Origin: Myxococcota bacterium
GTDB lineage: Bacteria > Myxococcota_A > UBA796 > UBA2385
Assembly: GCA_044344255.1 (NCBI GenBank)
Contig: JBIJDH010000009.1
Location: 32,001-96,000, forward strand
DNA length: 64,000 nt
Direction of reading: 5' to 3'
The notes below the pieces were generated by a model, which saw only the letters and a list, made by a program, of their open reading frames with translations, did no database searches and had not been told where the DNA came from. Shown here one piece after another: positions 35,827-45,123 of this stretch. Position 1 is the stretch's first letter, and every line of letters starts with the position of its first letter. The position numbers were made by a program, and so were the translations under genes.

Positions 35827-37746
35827 CTAGGGCTCGGCCTTCGTGCCGGTGTCCAGGATGTTGAACTCGACGCGGCGGTTCTCGGCGCGCCCGTTCGCCG
35901 TCGAGTTGGGCGCGAGCGGGCGGGACTCGCCGTAGCCTTGGGCCTGCAGGCGGCTGGCCTCGACCCCCTTTGCGATGAGGTAAGCCCGCACGGACTTGGA
36001 GCGCTCGTCGGAGAGGACGAGGTTGTGGTCGTCGTCACCCTGGCTGTCCGTGTGGCCCGAGACCTCCACCCGCTCGATCTGCGGGTTCGCGGCCAGCACG
36101 ATGGCGACCTGGTCCAGCAGGGGGAAGGAGACGTCCTTGATCGTGGCCCGATCGGTGTCGAAGAAGACCTTCTCGAGGATCACGATCTGGGTCTGCGTGA
36201 CCTGGGTGCGGGCGGGCTCCAGCTCGATCTGCACCGTCTGGTCGGAGCCCGGCGCGACCTTCAGGTCGACCCGGAACATCCCGAATTCAGGCGCGGTCGC
36301 GAAGATCGTGTGCTCACCCGCGCCGAGGGTGTGCTCGCCTGTGCCGCCGCTGCCCAGGGTGAGCGGTCGCTCGACCCCGCAGTAGTCCGGCTGAGACTGC
36401 ACCTTGATCTCCACGCTGGGGATCGGCTTCCGATCGCCCTTGGACACGGCGACATACTGCACCGTGCCGCGCACCTTGGGCTCCAAGTTGACCACGAGCT
36501 GATTCTCGCCCTCGTGGGCCACGACGCTCGCCTCGCCGCTGAGGCACCCCTGCGTGGCGCTGGCGGACCAGCGCTTCTTCGGGGGCGTCTCCACCTTGAA
36601 GGAGCTGACGCCGCTCTCGAAGGTGGCCGGCTCCTCACCGCCCTCCACCTTCACCGGGGCGCCATAGAACGGCGCCTCCTCATAGAAGACGAGCACCTCG
36701 AGGGTGGCGAGGCTGTCGGGGCAGCCGTCCTGGTCCTTGTACTTGTTGACCGTCTCGGGCTGGCTGGGGCAGGCGTCCGCCTTGTCGAGGATTCCATCCT
36801 GATCTCGGTCCACTACGGTCTCGGCCACCCGGCCGAAGCCCGCGCCCAAAAATGCGCGGTACGGCGCGGTCTCCGCACCATCACCGACCCCGATGGCGCC
36901 GCCGGCGAGCACGTGCACGCCGCTCGACCAACGATGCCGAAGCGAGAGCAGGACCTCGGTGTGGGTCGCCGAGCCGGGCTCCGGGCTCTTCGTCAACGGG
37001 AGCTGAAAGGTGGACTCAGCGTTGAGCGAGCTGCGGGGCTGGAAGAGCCAGCCGGCGCCGACTCCCGCGAGGACGTTGTCGGAATTCGAGAGGTTCTCGA
37101 GCTGGATCTCCGGGTTGAAGGCCATGCCCGCTGAGCCCGTGAAGGTCAGCTTCTCGAGCTCGTAGGTGCCCGCCAGCGCAGCGCCGCCGCCGACCCCGGG
37201 GGCGCCGGTGAACTCAGCGGCGTCCCCCGTGGGGACGTCGAGCCAGGGCACGACGCCGAGGCCGAGGCCGCCGGGCGACGAAGACGCAGGCGGAAGGATG
37301 CTCACCATCCCCCCGATCCGGAGATCGCCGAGTCCAACACCCTGGGATACATCGCCGAGACCCACCGAGCTCAAGAACAGCGGCGCGCCCACGTCGAGGC
37401 GAACGCGCTCATGAAGCGTGACCCCCGCCGACAGATTGAGCGCCATCAGGTTGTCGAGGATCGTGACCGTCCGCGCGTTTCCGCCCGTAGCGTCGGATAC
37501 GGTGTAAGATAGCGGCGCCTCGGCGTACTCGAAGACCCCGCCGAAGAACCAGTGCTTCGGCGTCATCCGCCCCGGGCGGGCCACAGCGAGGAGATCGCGC
37601 GGATCGCCGTCGAAGGCCGCGAGGTGGAAGCCGTGCGCGTCGAAGCCCTCGGGGCTCGCGTCCTGGGCCAGCGCGACGCCGGGGAGGACGGCGGCCACCA
37701 AAAGCGCGAGGCTCGCGTTTCGGAGATGGGAGGTGAGGGGCATCAT
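35827..37746 (-). CDS. Outer-membrane beta-barrel + thrombospondin type 3 repeat + OmpA C-terminal domain protein (TraB-like)
   Basis: Signal peptide ALA; amphipathic strands; DRDQDGILDKADACPSQPET..DQDGCPD; VFFDTDRATI, GHTDSQG, YGESRP, NRRVEF. Confidence 0.9.
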   Translation of the reverse strand: MMPLTSHLRNASLALLVAAVLPGVALAQDASPEGFDAHGFHLAAFDGDPRDLLAVARPGRMTPKHWFFGGVFEYAEAPLSYTVSDATGGNARTVTILDNLMALNLSAGVTLHERVRLDVGAPLFLSSVGLGDVSQGVGLGDLRIGGMVSILPPASSSPGGLGLGVVPWLDVPTGDAAEFTGAPGVGGGAALAGTYELEKLTFTGSAGMAFNPEIQLENLSNSDNVLAGVGAGWLFQPRSSLNAESTFQLPLTKSPEPGSATHTEVLLSLRHRWSSGVHVLAGGAIGVGDGAETAPYRAFLGAGFGRVAETVVDRDQDGILDKADACPSQPETVNKYKDQDGCPDSLATLEVLVFYEEAPFYGAPVKVEGGEEPATFESGVSSFKVETPPKKRWSASATQGCLSGEASVVAHEGENQLVVNLEPKVRGTVQYVAVSKGDRKPIPSVEIKVQSQPDYCGVERPLTLGSGGTGEHTLGAGEHTIFATAPEFGMFRVDLKVAPGSDQTVQIELEPARTQVTQTQIVILEKVFFDTDRATIKDVSFPLLDQVAIVLAANPQIERVEVSGHTDSQGDDDHNLVLSDERSKSVRAYLIAKGVEASRLQAQGYGESRPLAPNSTANGRAENRRVEFNILDTGTKAEP

Positions 37747-37897
37747 CGGAGAGCTCTTCCCATTGCAACGTCGACCCTTGCGGCGTCGACCAGGGCATGT
37801 TCACACAACGCCACGAGTTAGCGAGTTCACCGAGACACGGCCACCCCCCTAAGGTCGACGCCCCAAGACCGTCGCATTGGAGCGAGCGCCCGTGCGC

Positions 37898-39274
37898 TCA
37901 CCTCGACGCGTCAAACACACCCCAGGCCCCTCTGCCGTCGGTATCCACACCGAAGATACCGAAGTCCCGACCACCATCGGCGTCCAGGTCGAGGCCGGTC
38001 GAGAGAGAGAGGCCCAGCTGCTGCCAGTCCTCCGTGCCCGGACGGGAGTCGTCGGCGTCCCCGCTGCTGCGCCCTCCGCTTGGGCGAGAGAAGCCGTACA
38101 CGCTTCCCAGGCCCCCGAGGGCGCCGGGAGCTCCGACCAACAGCATGTCCTCGTCGAGCCAAGCCAGCGAACGGCCGAGCTGCTCATGCGGATCCTCGGC
38201 GACCAGGCGCGCCTCGCTCTCCGAAAGCTCGAGGGCTCCGCGGGCGGAGGGGGCGACCACGTAGACTACACCGCCCTCGGCGCCGCTCGGCGCGGAGATC
38301 GCCAACCGCGTCCCCCCATCCTCGTGAGGCGACAGCCGGAGGACCGCCCCGGCGCGATCCCCCTCGGCTTCACCGATCAGCTGGGCCGAAGCGTCGTCGA
38401 CGCTGCCGAATTGAATAAATGGACCACTGAACACATAAACGGAGCCAATGCCGCTCGTGCTCGGCGCGCCGACGATGGCCTCGGAGACCCCATCTCCGTC
38501 GATGTCAGCGGTCAAGAGGCTCTCCCCAAAGTGGCCGGAGGAGGCCTCGCCATACCAAGTCGAGGCCGTGTAGGAGCCATCTCCGGTGAGGGTGAGCAGA
38601 TCGATCCGGCCGGAGTTATCCCCGAACTCCGAATCGGTCGGCGCGCCGACGAGGAGCTGTACGCCCTCCTGTCCAGCGACGGCGGCGAGGGTCCACCCGA
38701 AGGACCCCACGCTCGTGAGCTCCTCCTGTCGGCCGTCGATGGCGCCCGCGAGGAGCTGCTCCTGGGTGAACAGATACACCGCGCCGCTCGGGGTCTGAAA
38801 TTCGCCCGCAACCTGCCCGGGAGCGCCCACGGCGAGCAAGGTCTCGCCGCGCTCCGACGTCACCACCGCGATGGAGCTCCCGAATTGTCCTCCTCCGCTC
38901 TGTCCGCCGACGAAGGCGAGCGTGCCGTCGGCCTGCTGGACCGCGTCGAGGTCGCTCGCTCCTTCGGGGATCCGTTCGACCACCAGCAGGCCTCCCGCCG
39001 CGTCCGACTCACCGGGGAGGAGGAAGGCGATCGCCCCCAAATCCGGGAGGAAGCTCCCCAAGTCCTCCGGGTTCGGGAAGTACCCGTTCCCACCGCCGTC
39101 GCCGATGATGACCCCGGTGGAGATCCCCCCGAGCACAGCGCCCGCGCTGTCACAAAGCCCATCCCCGTTGTCGTCCCGACAGAGGGTGGAGCTGGTGCCG
39201 CTCTTCACCGTCGGGCACCCGAGCGCGAACAGGGACAGCGTGGAGAGCAACGCAGCAGAGGGGGCAGCGCGCAT
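37898..39274 (-). CDS. FG-GAP repeat lipoprotein
   Basis: Lipobox FALGC; LAVGAPG, LLVGAP, ADIDGDGVSEAIVGAP, DLDADGGRDF. Confidence 0.82.
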   Translation of the reverse strand: MRAAPSAALLSTLSLFALGCPTVKSGTSSTLCRDDNGDGLCDSAGAVLGGISTGVIIGDGGGNGYFPNPEDLGSFLPDLGAIAFLLPGESDAAGGLLVVERIPEGASDLDAVQQADGTLAFVGGQSGGGQFGSSIAVVTSERGETLLAVGAPGQVAGEFQTPSGAVYLFTQEQLLAGAIDGRQEELTSVGSFGWTLAAVAGQEGVQLLVGAPTDSEFGDNSGRIDLLTLTGDGSYTASTWYGEASSGHFGESLLTADIDGDGVSEAIVGAPSTSGIGSVYVFSGPFIQFGSVDDASAQLIGEAEGDRAGAVLRLSPHEDGGTRLAISAPSGAEGGVVYVVAPSARGALELSESEARLVAEDPHEQLGRSLAWLDEDMLLVGAPGALGGLGSVYGFSRPSGGRSSGDADDSRPGTEDWQQLGLSLSTGLDLDADGGRDFGIFGVDTDGRGAWGVFDASR

Positions 39275-39289
39275 CGAGGTGTCCGGGGA

Positions 39290-41785
39290 TCAGGGGAGGG
39301 GACGGAGCAGCCGGAAGCCCACGATGTCCTGCGGGTGCTCCGGGCGGGCGGCCTGCGGCCAGGCCAATCGGATGTTGGCCTCGTAGTAACCCGCCGTGCC
39401 CCCCCGAATCCACCGGGTCGGGCCGTCACTCTCCCGTGGCCGTACGAGGGGATCGGCCTCGGGGCGCAGCTCGGCCCCCATCCTCACCGGCCCGTCCAAG
39501 CACCAGTCCGCCACGTTGCCCGCCATGCCGAGGACCCCATATGGGCCGACGTCATCGGGGGTCTCGTCGACCGTCGCGATGGCGGTGCCGGCCGCCAAGG
39601 AGAAGCGGCTGCGACACCAGGTCGCGTCAAAGCGGTCTCCCCAGGGGAAGATGCGGCCATCCACCCCACGAGCTGCCTTCTCCCACTCAAACTGCCCCGG
39701 GAGGCGCCATGATTGGCCCGTCTCGGCGGATCTCCATCGGGCATACGCCATCGCCCCCCACCAATCGAGGCGCATGACGGGCCAGTCGGGCTGCCAGAGG
39801 TCGCCCTGGTCGTCCCGCCGGAGGCAAAAGTCTCCCGCTTCGGTTCGCCCGTACGCCAAGATCTTGCGGTCCGCCTCGCCAGCTTGCGGATGCTGGGCCC
39901 CCACAAGGTTCAGGCCGGTCTGGACGAGGCCGGGAGCGGCCCGCAGGGCCTCCGCCTCCCGACCTTGCGCGATCAGGTCGTTCAAGAAGCGGATGAACTC
40001 ACGGTTTGTGACCGGCCGGGCGTCGATGGCGAAGCTGTCGACCCACAGACGCTGCCGGGGAGAGGGGCTCGGCGCGCGCGCATCTCCAGCGACGAACCAC
40101 CCAGCCGGGACGTAGCGCTCTTCGGGGCCGAGCGCCTCGGGCTCGAGCAGGCGGAGCGGGCGAGCCTCCGCTTCCCCTGGGCGGAGGTTCTGCCACTCCT
40201 CTCGACGGCCGATCAGGACGGGCAGCTCGACGATGGGCCGATCAGGGTGGCGGACGCGCAGGAGGTAGGAGCCCATCGGGAGGCGGGCCCGGAGGACCGG
40301 GCTTCGGCCGAGCGAGATCGGTTCCCTTGGTTCGAGGCGGTGTTGCACCTCGATGAACCGATAGGCGACGACCTCCGCCCCAGGAGGCTCTGTATCGAGA
40401 GACAGCCACCCGCCTCCGTCTATGTACTCCGTATACCGTCCATCATCGTGGAGTCGGAGCTGGAGGAGCGCCGCCCGAGCGGGGCCCTCCTCTTCCGCCA
40501 TCTCCGCCGCCGCGTGAACCGCATGGTAATGCGCGGCGAGGCGGGCGTGGGCTTCGGGTAGCTCGGGGTCTTCGGTGAGCGCGCCGTGAAGGAATTGAAG
40601 CCACTCGCCAAAGCCACCCCGACCGCGCGCCTCCGCCACCTCCGCCTCCGCTTCGAGGGTCCAGCCAGGCTGCTTCTCCGTGACCGGCGCGTGGCGTGGC
40701 ACGCCTGCGAGGAGCGCTCGAGCGCGGGACCGAAGCGTCTGGGCCTCCGCCTCCCAGGCGGACCACTCCGGCTGCAGGCGATCGGCCTCGGCGACGAGGG
40801 CCCGGGCTCGCTCCGTCCGGCGCGCCCCGTCCAACCAGGCCTTCACCCCCTCCGCGAGCAAGCCCGCCTCTGGCGGTCGACTGACCGGATCCCGATCCAT
40901 CGCGAACTGGCAGAGCTCTACGAGCTCCGCCGGGAGGCGGCCCACCGGGAGGGGCGGCGGCGGGCCCATCCTCAGACGGTTGAGCACCTCCATCGCGCTG
41001 TCTCCACCGTACGGAGGGCGACCGCTGAGGATGTGGTACAGGATCGAGCCCAGGGCGTATACATCCGCGGGCGGGCCCACCTCCGGCTCCCCCCACGCTT
41101 GCTCCGGCGACATGTAGGACGGAGTGCCGGAGATGGCGCCGGCGAGGGTCTCGAAGGCCCGCTCATCCTGGCGGCTGCTCGACAGCGCCCCGACCGAGCC
41201 GTCACCCTGGAGGCGGGCGATGCCCCAGTCGAGGACGTAGACTCGGCCAAAGGTGCCGAGCATGATGTTGTCCGGCTTGAGATCCCGATGGACGAGGCCG
41301 CGGGCGTGGCAGTACGCCATCGTCTCGCAGATGCGATGAAAGATGTCGATGAGGCCTCGCAGACCGCGCTGCTCCCGGATCGCCTCCGAGAGCGTCCGCC
41401 CCTCCACCTCGGCCATCGTGAAGCACCAGCGCCCGTCGGCGCGGAGCCCGAGGTCAAATATCGGGACCACACCCGGGTGGTTGAGCTGGGCGACCAGCTG
41501 GGCCTCCTCGACGAAGCGGGCGATCGCCCGAGCGTCGGGCTGTCGATCGACCCGCAGGACCTTCATCGCGACCACTCGACGCAGCACCCGATCGCGCGCC
41601 CGAAAGACCTCCCCCATCCCACCGGCGCCGAGCAAGCCGAGCTGCTCGTACCGCCCTCCGTCGATCGAGGGCGCACCGAGGACGGATCCCCCCGCGGCCG
41701 CAAACCAGCCGCTGGAGCCCACTTCGCCCGTGGTGACACATTCACGGACCGTTCCACGTTCGTCGAGCGTCGCTTCATGCTCCAA
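39290..41785 (-). CDS. Ser/Thr kinase-PEGA-like-FGE-sulfatase fusion (paralog of 18951..21542)
   Basis: LGAGGMGEV, HRDLKPDN, DWG, GTPSYMSPE; LDTEPPGAEV; PVTN, RLPGQFEWEKAARG, GMAGNVADW, VGFRL. Start uncertain (ORF open to 41944). Confidence 0.88.
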   Translation of the reverse strand: MEHEATLDERGTVRECVTTGEVGSSGWFAAAGGSVLGAPSIDGGRYEQLGLLGAGGMGEVFRARDRVLRRVVAMKVLRVDRQPDARAIARFVEEAQLVAQLNHPGVVPIFDLGLRADGRWCFTMAEVEGRTLSEAIREQRGLRGLIDIFHRICETMAYCHARGLVHRDLKPDNIMLGTFGRVYVLDWGIARLQGDGSVGALSSSRQDERAFETLAGAISGTPSYMSPEQAWGEPEVGPPADVYALGSILYHILSGRPPYGGDSAMEVLNRLRMGPPPPLPVGRLPAELVELCQFAMDRDPVSRPPEAGLLAEGVKAWLDGARRTERARALVAEADRLQPEWSAWEAEAQTLRSRARALLAGVPRHAPVTEKQPGWTLEAEAEVAEARGRGGFGEWLQFLHGALTEDPELPEAHARLAAHYHAVHAAAEMAEEEGPARAALLQLRLHDDGRYTEYIDGGGWLSLDTEPPGAEVVAYRFIEVQHRLEPREPISLGRSPVLRARLPMGSYLLRVRHPDRPIVELPVLIGRREEWQNLRPGEAEARPLRLLEPEALGPEERYVPAGWFVAGDARAPSPSPRQRLWVDSFAIDARPVTNREFIRFLNDLIAQGREAEALRAAPGLVQTGLNLVGAQHPQAGEADRKILAYGRTEAGDFCLRRDDQGDLWQPDWPVMRLDWWGAMAYARWRSAETGQSWRLPGQFEWEKAARGVDGRIFPWGDRFDATWCRSRFSLAAGTAIATVDETPDDVGPYGVLGMAGNVADWCLDGPVRMGAELRPEADPLVRPRESDGPTRWIRGGTAGYYEANIRLAWPQAARPEHPQDIVGFRLLRPLP

Positions 41786-41849
41786 CGTAAGTGGCGGATC
41801 GACTGTGTCCTTCGATGCTCCCACCTTCGCGACTCCCGCGGCGACCGCA

Positions 41850-42947
41850 CTACATTCCCTCGACGGCGACCCCATCGAACCATGCCGTCCCAGACACCGC
41901 CGAGAGCACGCCCACCTGCAGGAAGGCTGCGTTGGCTGGAGCACGGACGTCGATCTCGATCAGCTCCCACGCGTGGGTGGAGAGTCGACCCGCCTTATAC
42001 GTCGGCTTCCCGATCGACATGCCCTCGCTGTCGAAGAAGGCCACGGAGAGCCGGGCCGAGTCTTCACGCTGACGGAACTCGACACGGAGATCTTCCGCTT
42101 TGAAGTGCGCTCGGACCTTTAGGTTCGCGTTGGGCTGAACGACGATCCGCTGGGTCAGCTCATGGAAGAGCCGGGTCTTGGAATTCGCGAAGAAGCGCAC
42201 CGAGGCTTGACCGTCGAGGAAGGTCCGCCCATCGAGGGAGACCTCCGCCACCGGGCTGTCCGCGCCGAGCGAGAGCGGGTTGTCGAGCTTCCAGGCGCCG
42301 CCGATGGTGCCCTCCGTCTCAAAGGACCCGTCCACCAGTACAACCGAATTCGCGTTGGAGTCTTTGGAGGGTCGGGCTCCGCCGAAGAATCGCGCCAGAG
42401 CGTCGCGGCTGCGCTCGTCTCGGTCGGGCGTCGAGGGCCAAGCGAGCTCGGTCTGATTCTTGAAGGACTTCTTTCGCTTCTTCGCCGTGACCTCCACGCG
42501 GATGACACGAGCCTCGAGGGGGCCGATGCGCACCGCCTCCAGCCAGTCCTCTTCGAAGCCGAACTGGACGGCCAGCGCCTCGGCGGCCTCCCGCTCCCGC
42601 TTGCTGAAGTCGCCGGTGGAGCGGATCACCGTCTCTCCGCGCCGCAAGCGGCCGAGCTCGGGGGCCGGCAGCGTATTGATGTAGTCGATGACCTTGTTGT
42701 ACTCCGGACTCAGCAACTGCTCGACGATGCTCGGGAAGGACATCGCGACCACAAAGAGGGCCGCTTCATCGAGCTCACGGGTGGCGAGCAGGAGGTTCAG
42801 CCGCGCCACCGGATCCGAGTCGGACATGGCCGTGACCCGAGAGGCCCGAGCCCGCGCGGCATCGTCGACGATCGGCGGCTTTCCCGACTGGGCGATGGCC
42901 TCCATCGGCGCGAGCGCGAGCAGCAGGGCGAAGACCAGCCGAACCAT
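41850..42947 (-). CDS. Secreted protein with C-terminal galactose-binding-like (CBM4/9-like) domain
   Basis: Signal peptide AIA; LVDGSFE...DGQASVR...QRIVV...WELIEIDVRAPANA...GTAWFDGVAV. Confidence 0.65.
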   Translation of the reverse strand: MVRLVFALLLALAPMEAIAQSGKPPIVDDAARARASRVTAMSDSDPVARLNLLLATRELDEAALFVVAMSFPSIVEQLLSPEYNKVIDYINTLPAPELGRLRRGETVIRSTGDFSKREREAAEALAVQFGFEEDWLEAVRIGPLEARVIRVEVTAKKRKKSFKNQTELAWPSTPDRDERSRDALARFFGGARPSKDSNANSVVLVDGSFETEGTIGGAWKLDNPLSLGADSPVAEVSLDGRTFLDGQASVRFFANSKTRLFHELTQRIVVQPNANLKVRAHFKAEDLRVEFRQREDSARLSVAFFDSEGMSIGKPTYKAGRLSTHAWELIEIDVRAPANAAFLQVGVLSAVSGTAWFDGVAVEGM

Positions 42948-42961
42948 TATTGGACTCCAGG

Positions 42962-43660
42962 CTACTCGACGAGACGGAGATGCCCGCGGTTTGGACCCTT
43001 GGGCGCCGGCTTGACGGGCGGTGGCGGCGGGGTGGGGTCAGGGGCGAGCGGGATGAGCGAGATCTGCTTGAAGGCGTCCCACGGCAGAAGCACGGTGTGC
43101 AGGCCGTCATCGAAGGAGAGGGTGACCTGGAGCCCCTCGTCCAGATACTCCGGGCTGTTGTGGGTGTGGTAGGCGGCGTCCAGCTTGATCGGCATATTCG
43201 CAGGGAACTTGGCCAACACTTCGCGAGGGACTCCGCTCTCCTTCAAGCGGTGGGAGTCAAAGACCAGGAAGAGGTCACAGCCGAGCCCGAAGCCGAGCCG
43301 CATGGCTTGCTCGGCGTGGTTGCCGAAGGGATCGACCGTCATCGGCCCTTCGTCTTCCTCAACGAGGTTGGTGGCGAGGCCGCTCGCCCTCCTCAACACC
43401 ACAGGGGCCGGGGGTTGTTCCTCTTCCTCGGGCGGCATGGCGCCGATGCCCCCCATGTCGGCCGGGCTGATCTCAAGGGCCTGCGAGAGCTGGATGAGCT
43501 CATCGACGGTCAAGGGTTCTGCTCCGCCCAGCACCAGCTTGAGCCGAGATCGCTCGATCGACGCCGCCTTCGCGAGGGCCGCAGTGTTCAAGCCCTTCTT
43601 CTGGGCGATGTCGCGGATGAGGTTGATCAGCGGAGTGGAGGGACGGGAGGGCGACGCCAT
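42962..43660 (-). CDS. XRE-type HTH fused to SspB-like ClpXP adaptor domain
   Basis: KGLNTAALAKAASIERSRLKLVLGG...LTVDELIQLSQALEISP; DEGLQVTLSF...VLLPWDA; Pro linker; HLRLVE terminus. Confidence 0.7.
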   Translation of the reverse strand: MASPSRPSTPLINLIRDIAQKKGLNTAALAKAASIERSRLKLVLGGAEPLTVDELIQLSQALEISPADMGGIGAMPPEEEEQPPAPVVLRRASGLATNLVEEDEGPMTVDPFGNHAEQAMRLGFGLGCDLFLVFDSHRLKESGVPREVLAKFPANMPIKLDAAYHTHNSPEYLDEGLQVTLSFDDGLHTVLLPWDAFKQISLIPLAPDPTPPPPPVKPAPKGPNRGHLRLVE

Positions 43661-43700
43661 GAGGGACCTTCGATGAGGCCCGCACCCTAACCCACCGGCG

Positions 43701-44411
43701 CTACTTCGTCGGCGGGTGCTTGTGCGAGGGGAGCGCCTTCGGCGGCTTCACAGATCCGGGCGCCCCGCCGTTGATGTCCACCTTGGAGGCCTTGTAGGTC
43801 TGGGTGGAGCTGCTCTCGACCTTGGTGCTCACACCGGACTGAAAGACCGCCGTCTGTTTCCCTTCGATCGCCACAGTAAGGTCGGTCTCCAGCTTGAAGT
43901 CCTTGCACTTCAGCGAGATCGTCTCCTTGGCTTCAATGATGATGTGCTTCTCGGACTTCGTCGTGACGATCTTCTGAGCACTGTCAAAGGTGTGCCAGAT
44001 GGGACCGGAGGTCACGTCGAGGCGGGTCCCGGCCTTGGCCGCGAAGCCGACCTGCTCTGCGCCGCTCGTATCGTCGAAGATCACCATGTGATCATTACGA
44101 GACCAGAACACTCGCTTGTTGTTCTCCGAGTCGTCGTTCTTGTAGGGCTCAGGCTTGTCGGCGTCTCCGTTGTAGACGGCGCCGACCACGTAGGCGCTCA
44201 TCGAGCGGTAGGCGTAGGAGAGCACAACCTCTGTGCCGACGTCCGGGAGGATGACCAGCCCACGCTGCAGACCTCCCATCGGGCTCATCACCCGACACCA
44301 TGAGCTGTGGAGCGGCTCCCCGCTCTCCACAGGGAACTTCACCTTGACCCGATTCATCTTGTCCGGGTCCTTGTTATCGATGACGATGCCGACGATGAGG
44401 CCGTTGATCAA
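43701..44411 (-). CDS. Phage baseplate spike gpV/gp5-like protein (OB fold + beta-helix) with HxH-containing tail
   Basis: GIVIDNKDPDKMNRVKVKFP, SSWCRV, LPDVGTEV, VVGAVYN, IFDDTSGAE, KVDIN + 22-aa tail. Confidence 0.85.
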   Translation of the reverse strand: MINGLIVGIVIDNKDPDKMNRVKVKFPVESGEPLHSSWCRVMSPMGGLQRGLVILPDVGTEVVLSYAYRSMSAYVVGAVYNGDADKPEPYKNDDSENNKRVFWSRNDHMVIFDDTSGAEQVGFAAKAGTRLDVTSGPIWHTFDSAQKIVTTKSEKHIIIEAKETISLKCKDFKLETDLTVAIEGKQTAVFQSGVSTKVESSSTQTYKASKVDINGGAPGSVKPPKALPSHKHPPTK

Positions 44412-44435
44412 GGGGCACCCGGACTGGTGGGAGGA

Positions 44436-45092
44436 TCAGTTGATGGTGGTCATCGACGCGGTGAGCGTGAGGCTGCTACCGCCGTCCACCGTACAGCTCG
44501 TGCCCGTCTTGATCTCGGTGCTTGTTCCCGACTTGGCGCTCACGGACTGGCTCGCCTCCAGGATGAAGTCCTTACACTTGAGCGAGATGGTCTCCTTCGC
44601 CTCAACGATGATGTCCTTGCCAGAGTAGAGCGAGAGGGTCTTCTCGATTGCGTCCCAGATGATGCGAATCTCCTCGTTGTGGAGGACCATCTCGACGCGC
44701 TCGCTGCCGGAGGTGTCATCAAACGTGACGCGGTGACCCGAGCGGGATTGGAAGACCCGAAGGTTGTTGTCACCGTCTTCGTTCGCGTAGGGCGGAGTGT
44801 CCACTCCATTGTACAAGGAGCCCACGACGATGGCGTTGTGGATGTCTCCGTGCACGAAGGCGACGAGGACCTCGTCTCCGATCTCCGGGATCGTCATCCA
44901 GCCTCGCTCCTTCCCCGCCATCGGCATCACCAGCCGCGCCCAGTCGCTCTCGGGTGTCTCCGGCAGGGAGACGAACTTGACCTTTACGCGGCCGAGCTGC
45001 TGGGGGTCTTTGTTGTCCACCACGAGCGCTTCCACGAGGCCGGGCATCTGACCGGCGACGGGCCGGCCGTCGCGGTTGGTGACATTGGGCAC
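44436..45092 (-). CDS. Phage baseplate spike gpV/gp5-like (VgrG C-terminal-like) protein
   Basis: GTG after GGAGG; VVDNKDPQQLGRVKVKF, SDWAR, IPEIGDEVLVAFVHGD, VGSLYNG, SRSGHRVTFDDTSG, ends TTIN. Confidence 0.9.
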   Translation of the reverse strand: MPNVTNRDGRPVAGQMPGLVEALVVDNKDPQQLGRVKVKFVSLPETPESDWARLVMPMAGKERGWMTIPEIGDEVLVAFVHGDIHNAIVVGSLYNGVDTPPYANEDGDNNLRVFQSRSGHRVTFDDTSGSERVEMVLHNEEIRIIWDAIEKTLSLYSGKDIIVEAKETISLKCKDFILEASQSVSAKSGTSTEIKTGTSCTVDGGSSLTLTASMTTIN

Positions 45093-45123
45093 AGGAACCT
45101 CCACTCCGTTCGGAGTTCGCAAG

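Noticed and set aside
37765..37795. Riboswitch in the leader of the OmpA/TraB-like gene
   Set aside because: A GTCGAC-flanked GCAA-loop hairpin exists on the minus strand but I cannot match it to a known aptamer; an Rfam search would be needed.
43701..45092. Prophage or complete T6SS/eCIS locus
   Set aside because: No integrase, capsid, terminase, tube, sheath or baseplate wedge genes nearby; flanks are ilvE and cellular genes.
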